64,000 bases of DNA from an uncultured Actinomycetes bacterium (GTDB lineage Bacteria > Actinomycetota > UBA4738 > HRBIN12). The DNA is taken from assembly GCA_963714865.1 (NCBI GenBank), contig CAVQPR010000001.1, positions 1,875,560 through 1,939,559 on the forward strand, in the 5' to 3' direction. The notes under the pieces were generated by a model. That model made no database searches. It worked only from the letters and a program-made list of their open reading frames with translations, and was not told where the DNA came from. This document shows positions 7,655 to 17,378 of this stretch, in pieces (the stretch's first letter is position 1; each line of letters opens with the position of its first letter). The position numbers and the translations under genes were made by a program.

Positions 7655-8987
7655 ATGCGCCGCCTGGCCCTGTTCCTGTGCGTCTTCGGCCTGCTCGCCC
7701 TCTGGGCATGGCACGGTCGGCGCGCAGCCGTCGTCGAGCCCGGTCACCGTGCTCAGGGTCGAGGGCGCGATCGATCGGCCGCTCCTGTCCTATCTCCGGA
7801 CTCGGCTGGCCGAGGCGGAGGCCGACGGCGCCGTGGTCGTGTTGCAGATCGACACGTCGGGCACGATCGACCAGGACGGTGTGGCCCTCGGCCAGGCCGT
7901 GGTCGACCTCGAGGTGCCCGTGATCGCGTGGGTCGGACCCGCGCCGGCCAAGGCGGCCGGGGCGGGGCTCCTCCTGATGTACGCCAGTTCCATCGCCGCG
8001 GTCTCGCCGGGGTCGCAGACGGCTCCACGGAGCCCCATCGATCTGCTGTTCCCCGATGAGTCGTACCCGGGGATCGACGCGACGATCCAGGGGTGGCTCG
8101 ACGCACGGGGCAAGGACACCGTGTTCGACGACGACGAGCATGCGATGCCGGCACAGGAGGCGATCGACCGTCGGATCGCCACCGTCGCGGCCGTATCGGT
8201 GACCGATCTGCTCGACGAGATCGACGGCCTCACCGTGATGACGGCGCGGGGTCCCGTCACGCTGCAGACCCGCATCGCCACCGATGACCAGGAGGCGGGC
8301 GAGCGGGTGGTGGCACTGCGGTTCGACAACATGGGGCCCATCGAGCGGATCGCCCACGGCGTGGCATCTCCCACGATGATCTACGTCCTGCTGGTGCTCG
8401 GCCTGGCGTGCCTCGCGTTCGAGCTGACCCAGCCGGGGTTCGGATTCGCGGGGTTCGCCGGCGTCGGGATGCTCGGGCTTGCCGCGTACGGGCTGTGGGT
8501 CGTCCCGCCGTCGTGGCTCGGGATGGCTCTGATCGTGCTGGGGATCGGGCTCATGGTCCTCGACGTGCGGCTGCGCAGCCTGGCATGGGCCACCGCCCTC
8601 GGGATCGTGGCGTTCGGTGCCGGCTCGGTGCTCGCGTGGGGCGGCGTGGCCCCTGCGATCCGCATCTCCCCGTGGCTGATCGGCGGCGCGATCGTCGCGA
8701 GCCTCCTCTACTACGGGTTCGCCCTCACGGTCGCGCTCCAGTCTCGCGATCGCATCGTGAACACTCAGCGAGGACTCATCGGCCTCGTCGGCGAGGCCCG
8801 GGGCAAGCTCGCGCCGGAGGGCCCCGTCTACGTGAAGGGCGCGATGTGGCGCGGCCGGAGCACGGGCGACGCGATCGCGCCCGGTACGCCCGTGCGCGTG
8901 CGCGGCGTCGACGGCCTCATCCTGCGCGTCGAAGAGGACCCCGGCGCGACCCCGACCCCTCGCGACCCGGAACCCAGCTCGGCCTGA
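7655..8987 (+). CDS. NfeD-family membrane protein (ClpP-like N-domain, TM block, C-terminal OB fold); apparent frameshift near 7712-7728 after the signal peptide
   Basis: ORF 7647..8987: VLRVEGAIDRPLLSYL..VVVLQIDTSG, multi-TM middle, C-terminal GLVGEARGKLAPEGPVYVKGAMWRGRS..VRVRGVDGLILRVE; signal peptide MRRLALFLCVFGLLALWAWHG in adjacent frame from ATG 7655. Confidence 0.75.
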
Positions 8988-9049
8988 GGCTCGCGTCCTT
9001 GGCCGTGGGGAATCCGCAGCGGCCCCGTTCTACGAATCACCGGGTGAGG

Positions 9050-9319
9050 ATGATCGAGGATCTCACCACTCGCTGGCAGCATCTGGCCGCGTGCCGGGGC
9101 GACGACTCGACGTTCTTCTTCGCCCCCGGCTACTTCGAGAAGCGAAGCGAGAAACGAGCCCGGGAGGCCGTTGCCAAGGCGATCTGCGCGCGGTGCCCGG
9201 TTCGGGTCGAGTGCCTCGAGTACGCGATGTCGGTGCGCGAGACCCACGGCACGTGGGGCGGGCTCAACGAGGCGGAGCGCCGCGCGCTCCTGCGCGAACG
9301 CACCCGCAAAGCCGGCTGA
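9050..9319 (+). CDS. WhiB-family Fe-S transcriptional regulator
   Basis: 89 aa; four Cys (AACRG.., CARCPVRVEC), GTWGG turn and basic C-tail typical of Wbl proteins. Confidence 0.9.
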   Translation: MIEDLTTRWQHLAACRGDDSTFFFAPGYFEKRSEKRAREAVAKAICARCPVRVECLEYAMSVRETHGTWGGLNEAERRALLRERTRKAG

Positions 9320-9350
9320 GCGAGGTGGGGTGGCCGACGAGGCCGCTAGG

Positions 9351-9833
9351 ATGCGCCCCATGAACGACGCTGAGATCGACGACCGACTGTCAGAGCTCGG
9401 GATCGAGCTCCCCCCGCCGCCCGCTGCCCTCGCCTCCTACCTTCCCGTGCGGATCGTGGGAACCACCGCCTACGTCGCCGGGCAGGTCCCGAGTGCGGAG
9501 GGATCCCCGATGTCCCCCGGGCGCCTCGGGGACACGGTGTCGTTGGAGGAGGGCGCGCTCGCCGCGCGGCGAGGGGCGATCCAGGCGCTGGCCGCGCTGA
9601 AGGAGGCCCTGGGCGGGTGGGGGCGGCTCGCCGGGATCGCGCAGGTGACCGTGTTCATCGCGTCGACTCCCGAGTTCACGGGACATCCCCAGGTGGCCAA
9701 CGGCGCGAGCGATCTGCTCGTGGAGGTGCTGGGTGAGGATGGGAGGCACGCGCGCGCCGCGGTGGGGATGTCCTCGCTGCCGCTCGGCGCATCGGTCGAG
9801 GTCCAGGTCACGGCGCACCTGCGCGAGGCCTAG
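9351..9833 (+). CDS. RidA/YjgF-family protein
   Basis: LPPPPAALASYLPVRIVGTTAYVAGQVP..VTVFIAS..ARAAVGMSSLPLGASVEVQV pattern of the RidA/YjgF family; start ATG 9351 or 9360. Confidence 0.75.
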   Translation: MRPMNDAEIDDRLSELGIELPPPPAALASYLPVRIVGTTAYVAGQVPSAEGSPMSPGRLGDTVSLEEGALAARRGAIQALAALKEALGGWGRLAGIAQVTVFIASTPEFTGHPQVANGASDLLVEVLGEDGRHARAAVGMSSLPLGASVEVQVTAHLREA

Positions 9834-9837
9834 CGGG

Positions 9838-11680
9838 TCACGCACCGCGGGAGAACCGCAGGTCGCCTTCTCGGCGGGTCTCGCCGCGCTGATCGAACCA
9901 CTCGAGCAGGGGCAGCGCGAACCTGCGTGTGGTCCCCAGGGCGATGCGGAACTGGCTCACGGTGATGCCGTCCGCTTCCGTGACGATCGCCCGCGCGCGA
10001 TCAACCAGGGCCGGGGTGAACACGAGGTCGCTCGAGACCTGGATCACATGGCCTGCGCGTGCGGCGGCCTCCACCACGTCACGCCCGACGCCGACCATGC
10101 CGAGTTCCTTGACGGTGGGTGGAGTCGCCTCGTGCTCGCCGCCGATCAGCAGCAGCAGGCGCTCGACGTCGGTCGACCGGGTGTCGAGCTCGACCCGGTG
10201 ATCGGCCAGCCGGACCGATCCGGCCGTCACCGCCACGAGGTCGCGACGTTCGAGGTCATCGATCAGCTCGTCGACGAGGTCGGCGCTCCGCGAGACCCTG
10301 GAGGCGCTCAGCACCCCTGACACGACCGCGCGCGCCTCGCCCAGCTCCATCCCCTCGACGAGCGGCTGCTCGGCGTGGAAACGCGCGAGCGCCCCCGTCA
10401 GCGCGCTGTCGACCAGGTCTCTCAGCGCGGCGCTGAGGAACCAGGAGCCGGCCGTGAGCGGCGCGGTGGCGTCGCTTCCCGTGAGCAGGGCGGCCTCCGC
10501 CGCGAGGACGGCCCCCCGCTCGTCGGCGAGCAGTCCCGGGAGGTCATCCCGAGAGGCGGCCGCTCGCTGCTCCAACCGCTCGACGGCGTCGGGACCCGGC
10601 CGGCTCGGCGGTGCGGGATCGAGCACGGTCCCGCCCGCCACCGTCTCTCGGCGCCCGGCGTCGCGCAGCACGAATCGGTCGAACACGTCGAGCGGCAGCG
10701 GACGTGCGGTCCGCACCCGAACGAATGCCCGTCCCTCGGGCTCGAGACGTGCCGCGCCGAGGAGCCGAAGCGTGGCGTCGACCTCGGCCGCGCCGACGTA
10801 GACCTTGAACGCGCCCCGCGCCGTCACGGCGTGGGCCAGGCCGCGGACGGGCCGCAGCTCGGCCTCGAACACGCGGGTCTGCGGCCACGCCCCGCGTGGG
10901 GCGAGCACGTCGCCCCGAGCGATATCGGTCCGGTCGATGTTCGACGAGGTTCGCGGCCACTCGGGTGACGGGGAGCGCCTGATCCTCAGCCTGCCGATGC
11001 GTCTGCAGACCCCGGATACGGGCGGAGCCGCCCGGCAGTACGTGAACCTCGTCGCCGACGGCGAGGCGGCCTCCGGCGAGGGTGCCCGTCACGACCGTGC
11101 CCGCCCCGCGGATGGTGAAGACCCGGTCGATGAAGAGCCTGGCCCGGGTGTCGGGCGGAGCCTCGACACGTGCCAGCAGTTCGCCCAGCGATGCCCGGAT
11201 CTCCTCGATCCCGTCGCCCGTCGTCGATGCGACCGGGACGATCGGCGCGTCCTGCAGGCCCGTGCCGGCGACCCGCTCGGTCACGTCGTCGATCGCCATC
11301 TGGAGGGTCTCCTCATCGACGATGTCGGACTTCGTCACCGCGACCACGCCTCCCTCGATGCCCAGCACGTCGAGGATCTGCAGATGCTCCTCGGACTGCG
11401 GCTTCCACCCCTCGTCGGCGGCCACCACGAACAGGACGAGCCGCACCGGACCGACGCCGGCGAGCATGTTCGTGATGAAGCGCTCGTGACCGGGAACGTC
11501 GACGAACCCCACGTCGCGGCCGCCCGGCAGTTCGCACCAGGCGTACCCGAGGTCGATCGTGAGACCCCGCCGCTTCTCCTCGGCGAGCCGATCCGGGTCC
11601 ATGCCGGTGAGGGCGGCGATCAGCGTCGACTTGCCGTGGTCGACGTGGCCGGCGGTGGCGACCACCCGGAGCTCGCCCAC
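9838..11680 (-). pseudogene. selB: Selenocysteine-specific elongation factor SelB; one apparent frameshift near 10935-10946
   Basis: GTPase motifs [22 protein letters not shown] (ORF 10544..12073 frame); domains II-IV and winged-helix C-terminus (..FRIALGTTRRFALPLLEWFDQRGETRREGD) in ORF 9838..10908; junction AANLV / NIDRTDIARGDVL. Confidence 0.85.
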
Positions 11681-11681
11681 G

Positions 11682-13062
11682 TCAGTCCTCGTCGAGGTCG
11701 TCGCCCTCGAGGGCATAGAAGATGGCCCGGGCGAGCTGTGGCTCCTCGGCGGGGGCCACGGTGCGTACGTCGAACAACACCGAGCCGGACTCGACCCGGC
11801 ACATGACCGCGGGGCGCTGCCCGCGAAGGCGGGCGGCGAACGCCGGAGGATCCGCGACCTGAAGACGGATCCCCCATGAAGGCAGCGCCGTCCCCGGCGT
11901 GGACCCGCCGCCGATGACCGACTCCGTGCGGTGGACGTGGGCATGCTCGAGATCGCCCCCCAGCGACTCGCAGATGCGCTGTGCCCGACGGTGAACAGAT
12001 TCGGCCGTCTCGCGCAGCATCCTGTGCACCGGGATGTCGTCGTCGTGCCCTGCCGCGATCGTGGCGAGCACATGCTCGAGGGCCGCGACCTGCATCTTGT
12101 CGACCCGGACCGCGCGGGCGATCGGGTGTCGTCGCATGCGCTCGATGAGATCGGCCCGGCCGAACGCCAGCCCTGCCTGCGGCCCGCCGAGCAGTTTGTC
12201 GCCCGAGCACATGACGATGTCGGCGCCGCTCCCCAGGGCCTCGGCGACCGAGGGTTCGTCCGGCGGCATCCCGTGGCCCGGCGCGAGGAGCCCAGAGCCG
12301 ACGTCGTAGAGGAACGGGACGTCGTGACGGCGGGCCAGGCCGGCGAGGTCCGCGGCGGGCGCCTCGGCGGTGAACCCCACGACGCGGTAGTTCGAGGGGT
12401 GCACCTTCAGGATGGCGCCGGCGCGCGGAGCCAGCGCGGCGCGGTAGTCGCCCAGCCGCGTGCGATTCGTCGTTCCGACCTCGACGAGCTTCGCGCCCGA
12501 GGCCCGCATGATGTCGGGGATCCGGAACTCGCCCCCGATCTCGATCAGCTCTCCTCTCGAGACGAGGACCTCCTTGCGCGCGGCCAGCGACGCAAGCGCG
12601 AGGAGGAGCGCCGCCGCGCAGTTGTTCACCACCATGACGTCCTCCGCCCCGGTGAGGGCGGCCAGCATGGCCTCGGCGCGCGCGCGCCCGTCGGCCGCGC
12701 TCGCCCGTCTCGCGGTCGAACTCGAGGTCGGAATAGGAGCGAGCGGCGCGCGCGGCAGCGCGCGCCGCCCCGTCGGAGAGCGGTGCGCGGCCCATGTTGG
12801 TGTGCAGGATCACGCCGGTGGCGTTGATCACGGGGACGAGCCCGGTGGCGATCCGTGAGGCGCGCCCGATCGCCTCGGACAGGATGTCGTCGGACGTCGG
12901 CGGATCGACGCCGTCGACCACGGCCGCCCGCGCCTCGGCGAGTGCGGCGGAGAGCGTGCGCTTGAGCAGGGGGCGGCCGAGCGCCGTGGAGGCCCTCCGC
13001 CCGGGTTCTGATCGAAGGAGCGAGTCGACGGACGGCATCGAGCGGCGAGCGTCGGTCATCAT
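11682..13062 (-). pseudogene. selA: L-seryl-tRNA(Sec) selenium transferase SelA; one apparent frameshift in the (GC)n run near 12676-12690
   Basis: N-terminus [40 protein letters not shown] (ORF 11620..13062) joins [31 protein letters not shown] (PLP lysine context) in ORF 11682..12668. Confidence 0.85.
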
Positions 13063-13129
13063 CGGAGCCTACCCGGTGGTGAGGGGCCGGGGAACGACGG
13101 CCGCTGGGCACCCGCCTCGGCGGCCTGGG

Positions 13130-13135
13130 TAGGAT
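13130..13135 (+). promoter_or_regulatory. -10-like hexamer TAGGAT 8 nt upstream of ATG 13144
   Basis: TANNNT hexamer in the 81-nt selA/nuoD divergent spacer; no SD. Confidence 0.3.
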
Positions 13136-13143
13136 ATGGCCCC

Positions 13144-14334
13144 ATGGCCGATACCACGCAGCGCCCGGCGTTCCAGCACCAGGTCACCTCGATGATCCGC
13201 GGCGGCGGCCTCGACGTCGAGATCGCGGGCGCCGGCGATCTGACCACCGAGGAGATGATCCTCAACATCGGCCCTCAGCATCCCTCGACGCACGGCGTGC
13301 TGCGGGTGGTGCTCGAGTTGGACGGCGAGGTGATCCAGCGCGCCGAACCCGTGATCGGATACATGCATCGCGCCGCCGAGAAGCTCTCCGAGTACCGCGA
13401 CGCCCGCCAGGTGCTGGTCCTGATGAACCGTCACGACTGGATCAGCGCCTTCAACAACGAGCTGGGCTGGACGATCGCGGTCGAGCGGCTGGCCGGGATC
13501 GAGGTGCCGGAGCGCGCCCAGTGGATCCGCACGATGTTCGCGGAGTGGAACCGGATCTTGAACCACCTGATGTTCAGCGGGTCGTATCCGCTGGAACTGG
13601 GGGCGATGACCCCGATCTTCTACGCCTTCCGCGAGCGGGAGATGATCCAGGACCTGATGGAGTCGGCGACGGGCGCCCGGATGCACCACTCGTACTGCCG
13701 GGTGGGCGGGTTGAAGGACGACCTCCCCCGAGGCTTCCTCAAGCGCAGCGCCGAGGTGCTCGCGGTCGTGCGGAAGTCCATCAAGGAGTTCGAGACGCTC
13801 ATCATGGGCAACGAGATCATCTTCGCGCGCACGCGCAACGTCGGGATCATCCCGACCGAGATGGCCGTGCAGTACGGCACGTCCGGGCCGGTGCTCCAGG
13901 CGAGCGGCGTCGACATGGATCCGCGCAAGGACGAGCCCTATGAGAAGTACGGCGAGGTCGAGTTCGACGTGCCGGTGGGCCAGACCGGCGACTCCTACGA
14001 CCGGCTGTGGATCCTCGTGGAGCGTATGAAGCAGTCGTGCAACATCATCGAGCAGTGCATGGATCGGCTGCCGGCGGGTGCCTTCCGGGCGGACAAGCTG
14101 CCCAAGAAACTCGCCCTCGAGGGCGAGGTGTACGTCCGCACCGAGAACCCGCTCGGCATGATGGGGTACTACGTCGTGGGCGACGGGTCGAAGAACCCGT
14201 ATCGCGTGAAGATGCGCACGGCCTCGTTCTCCAACGTGAGCGTCCTGCCGGCCATGCTGCCCGGCACGCTCCTGCCCGACCTGATCTCCGTCCTCGGGTC
14301 GGTGTTCTTCGTCGTCGGCGACGTCGATCGCTGA
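13144..14334 (+). CDS. nuoD: NADH-quinone oxidoreductase subunit D homolog (49-kDa subunit), stand-alone
   Basis: Intact 396 aa; NIGPQHPSTHGVLR, GYMHR, full C-terminus ..VLGSVFFVVGDVDR; no other nuo genes in window. Confidence 0.85.
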   Translation: MADTTQRPAFQHQVTSMIRGGGLDVEIAGAGDLTTEEMILNIGPQHPSTHGVLRVVLELDGEVIQRAEPVIGYMHRAAEKLSEYRDARQVLVLMNRHDWISAFNNELGWTIAVERLAGIEVPERAQWIRTMFAEWNRILNHLMFSGSYPLELGAMTPIFYAFREREMIQDLMESATGARMHHSYCRVGGLKDDLPRGFLKRSAEVLAVVRKSIKEFETLIMGNEIIFARTRNVGIIPTEMAVQYGTSGPVLQASGVDMDPRKDEPYEKYGEVEFDVPVGQTGDSYDRLWILVERMKQSCNIIEQCMDRLPAGAFRADKLPKKLALEGEVYVRTENPLGMMGYYVVGDGSKNPYRVKMRTASFSNVSVLPAMLPGTLLPDLISVLGSVFFVVGDVDR

Positions 14335-14371
14335 CGGCGGAGGCGAGGAACCGCCCGCCGGGCGCGCCGAC

Positions 14372-15223
14372 GTGACGGATCCCACCCCCACAGGACCCGT
14401 CTCCTGGCCAGGCCAGGTGCCGTGGGTCCGGACGCTCGCCGCGCTCGGGTTCGCGATCGTGTTCGTGCTCCCGGTCGCCGCCCTCCTTCTTGGGTCGCTG
14501 CGCCCCACGGGGTTGCCGCCTCCCCGGGGCATCGAGCCGATCCCTCATCCGTGGGCCTTCGAGAACTACGCCGACGTCTTCCGGATCGTCCCGATGGATC
14601 GATACCTGGTGAACTCCCTGATCGTGGCTGCCGTGGCGGTCCCCGTCAGCGTCGTCGTGGCGTGGTGGGCGGGGTACGCGATCGCGCGGTCGTCGCGGGC
14701 CGCACGATCGATGTTGATCGGCGTCTGCGTGGTCAGCCTGATGATCCCGGCCACGGCGCTGTTCGTCGGGCGCGTCGCCGTGTTCCGGACGCTCGGCCTC
14801 ACCGACACCCTGATCCCGCTCATGGCTCCGGCCCTGGTCGGCATGTCCCCCCTGTTCGTGCTGCTGTTCGCCTGGGCCGTTCGGCGCGTTCCCGATGAGC
14901 TGTTCGATATCGCGCGTGAGGCGGGGTACTCACCCTTGGCGACGTGGTGGCGCGTCGCGGCTCCGCTCACGACGGGGACCGCCGGCGTCGTGGCCGCGCT
15001 GGCATTCGTGGTCTCGTGGAGCAACTTCTTGGATCCGCTGATCTACCTGACGGACGGCCGCCGCTTCACGGTACCGATCGGCATCCGCTCGCTCGCATCG
15101 CTACCCGCGACCGATCAGCCCGTGATGCTGGCGGGCGCCGTTATCGCGCTCGCGCCCGTGCTCGTGGTGCTCGCCGTCATCCAGCGGCGCTTTCTGAGCG
15201 GCCACTCGAGAGGGTCGGCGTGA
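14372..15223 (+). CDS. Carbohydrate (CUT1) ABC transporter permease, MalG-like
   Basis: 283 aa, 6 TM, EAA-type loop DELFDIAREAGYSPLATWWRVAAP. Confidence 0.85.
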   Translation: MTDPTPTGPVSWPGQVPWVRTLAALGFAIVFVLPVAALLLGSLRPTGLPPPRGIEPIPHPWAFENYADVFRIVPMDRYLVNSLIVAAVAVPVSVVVAWWAGYAIARSSRAARSMLIGVCVVSLMIPATALFVGRVAVFRTLGLTDTLIPLMAPALVGMSPLFVLLFAWAVRRVPDELFDIAREAGYSPLATWWRVAAPLTTGTAGVVAALAFVVSWSNFLDPLIYLTDGRRFTVPIGIRSLASLPATDQPVMLAGAVIALAPVLVVLAVIQRRFLSGHSRGSA

Positions 15224-16497
15224 TGCTCGCGCGCGCGATCGCCGCCGCGCTCGCGTTGGTGATGTCGGCCGCCGGCTGCGGCGGCGCGCCCGGTACCGAG
15301 GAGGTCTCGGTTCTGGTGGCGGGCGACCCTGCCGAGCTGCAGGCGTATCGCGACGTGGTAGCCGGCTTCCACGCGGTCCAAGACGAGGTGACGGTCAACC
15401 TGATCGAGCTGACCGATCGCGACGAGCTGATCTCGAGGCTGTCGACCTCGATAGCGGGGGGGAGCCCGCCCGACCTATTCCTCATGAACTACCGCTACTA
15501 CGGGCAGTTCGAGTCGAAGGGAGCGCTCGAGCCGATCGAGCCGTACCTCGCGGGCTCGGAGGCGCTCGATCGGGCCGCCTTCTACCCGCGGGCGATGGAG
15601 GCCTTCCAGGACAACGGCGAGCAGACGTGCCTGCCGCAGAACGTGTCGAGCCTGGTCGTCTACTACAACCGAGATATGTTCGAGGCCGCGGGGCTCGCTG
15701 CGCCCACCGCCGGCTGGACGTGGGCGGAGATGGTCGCCCTGGCCACCCGTCTGACGGTCGACGACGACGGTGACGGCGAGATCGATCGGTACGGCCTCGG
15801 CGTCGACCCGGAGCTGATCCGGATCGCACCGTTCATGTGGTCCAACCTGGGGGAGTTGACCGACGACCCCGAGGCGCCCACCCGCTTCACGCTCGGGTTC
15901 GTGAACGACCTCCAGGCGATGCAGGCGTTCTTCGACCTGCGGACCCGGCACGGGGTCACCCCCACGGACGAGGAGGCCGAGGCCGAGGACTTCGAGTCGC
16001 GCTTCGTGCACGGCACCCTGGCCATGTTCATGGACTCCCGCAAGGTCGTGCCCACACTGCGCACGATCGAGGGGTTCGAGTGGGACGTCGCGCCCCTGCC
16101 GCAATGGGTGCAGCCGGCGTCCATCCTGCACTCCGACGCCTACTGCATGACCGCGGGTGCGGCCCACAAGGACGATGCCTGGTCGTTCCTCGAGTACGCC
16201 CTCGGCCCCGAGGGCCAACGGCTGGCCGCCGAGACCGGACGGACCGTGCCCTCGATGCGCGACGTGGCGGAGTCCGAGGTGTTCCTCGATCCTTCGAAGG
16301 CGCCGGCGGCCTCGCAGGTCTTCCTCGACAACATCGAGGTGGCCCGGTCGGTGCCCCACATCGCCACCTGGCCGGAGATCGAGGACGCCGCGAACGGGCT
16401 GATCGAGGAGGGCTACTACTCGGGCGCCGAGGCCGCCGAGGTCGCGGCCGAGATCATCGCCCTCACGGCGCCGATGTTCGAGCGAGCGCGGGCATGA
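15223..16497 (+). CDS. ABC transporter extracellular solute-binding lipoprotein (family 1, sugar type)
   Basis: Lipobox LVMSAAGC; family-1 SBP pattern (PDLFLMNYRYYGQF, LVVYYNRDMFEAAG); start overlaps upstream stop (GTGATG). Confidence 0.85.
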   Translation: MLARAIAAALALVMSAAGCGGAPGTEEVSVLVAGDPAELQAYRDVVAGFHAVQDEVTVNLIELTDRDELISRLSTSIAGGSPPDLFLMNYRYYGQFESKGALEPIEPYLAGSEALDRAAFYPRAMEAFQDNGEQTCLPQNVSSLVVYYNRDMFEAAGLAAPTAGWTWAEMVALATRLTVDDDGDGEIDRYGLGVDPELIRIAPFMWSNLGELTDDPEAPTRFTLGFVNDLQAMQAFFDLRTRHGVTPTDEEAEAEDFESRFVHGTLAMFMDSRKVVPTLRTIEGFEWDVAPLPQWVQPASILHSDAYCMTAGAAHKDDAWSFLEYALGPEGQRLAAETGRTVPSMRDVAESEVFLDPSKAPAASQVFLDNIEVARSVPHIATWPEIEDAANGLIEEGYYSGAEAAEVAAEIIALTAPMFERARA

Positions 16498-17378
16498 TCC
16501 GCGACCGAGAACGCCTGGGGCTGTGGCTCATGGCGGCGCCGTTCTTGGCAGGGATCGTCGTGCTGGTGGCGGTCCCGGCCGCCCTCACCTTCTCGATGTC
16601 GCTGTTCGAGTGGGACCTCGTGCGCGCCCCAAGGTTCGTGTGGTTCGACCAGTTCCGCGAGCTACTCGGCGACGAGGTCTTCCGCGTGTCGATGCGCAAC
16701 TCGCTGCTCTACGTGGCGACGGCCGTGCCGATCCGCCTCGTTCTCGCCGTCACGCTCGGTCTGCTCCTGGCGCGCCGGGCGCCCGGCGCGGGAGCCTTGC
16801 GCGGCTCGGTCGCCCTGCCGACCGTGATCCCCGACGTCGCGTACGCCCTCCTGTGGCTGTGGATCCTCAATCCGCTCTACGGGCCGCTGAACCTGCTGCT
16901 GTCCGGCCTGGGCCTGCCCACCCCGGCGTGGCTGACCTCCGGCGTCGCGGCTCGATGGGGCATCGTGCTGATGGGAGCATTCCTCATCGGCGAGGGACTG
17001 CTGATCGCGATCGTGGCCCGACGTGCGGTCCCCGACGAGCTCTACGAGTTGGCGGCCGAACAGGGGGCCGGGCCACTGGGCCAGCTGCTCCACGTCACCC
17101 TGCCCCTCATGGCGCCCGCGTTGCTCCTGCTGGTGGCCCGCGACACGATCATGACGCTCCAGGCCACGTTCGTGCCGGCGCTCGTCGTGACCGAGGGAGG
17201 CCCGCCTCCCTACGAGACGACCTATCTGCCGTTGTTCGTGTATCGCAACGCGTTCGAGTTCCTCCGCTACGGGTACGCCGCCGCGGCCACGACCGTGATG
17301 TTCGTGCTCACGGGCGCCATCGTGTACCTGCAGTACCGCCTCTTCGACCGGCTCCGGCGCGGACGCCTATTGAACTAG
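16494..17378 (+). CDS. Carbohydrate (CUT1) ABC transporter permease, MalF-like
   Basis: ATGA overlap with SBP gene; 6 TM; loop VPDELYELAAEQGAGPLGQLLHVTLP. Confidence 0.85.
   Translation: MIRDRERLGLWLMAAPFLAGIVVLVAVPAALTFSMSLFEWDLVRAPRFVWFDQFRELLGDEVFRVSMRNSLLYVATAVPIRLVLAVTLGLLLARRAPGAGALRGSVALPTVIPDVAYALLWLWILNPLYGPLNLLLSGLGLPTPAWLTSGVAARWGIVLMGAFLIGEGLLIAIVARRAVPDELYELAAEQGAGPLGQLLHVTLPLMAPALLLLVARDTIMTLQATFVPALVVTEGGPPPYETTYLPLFVYRNAFEFLRYGYAAAATTVMFVLTGAIVYLQYRLFDRLRRGRLLN

Noticed and set aside
13063-13143. Possible tRNA-Sec (selC) or other RNA in the selA/nuoD spacer
   Set aside because: The 81-nt spacer is too short for a tRNA-Sec of about 90-95 nt. No acceptor or T-arm pairing and no UCA anticodon loop could be drawn. 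It is better explained as a divergent promoter region with a TAGGAT box.
13069-14532. 487-aa minus-strand ORF overlapping nuoD
   Set aside because: It is antisense to a gene with unmistakable NuoD motifs. It has low-complexity R/G/H/D-rich sequence and is a high-GC artefact.
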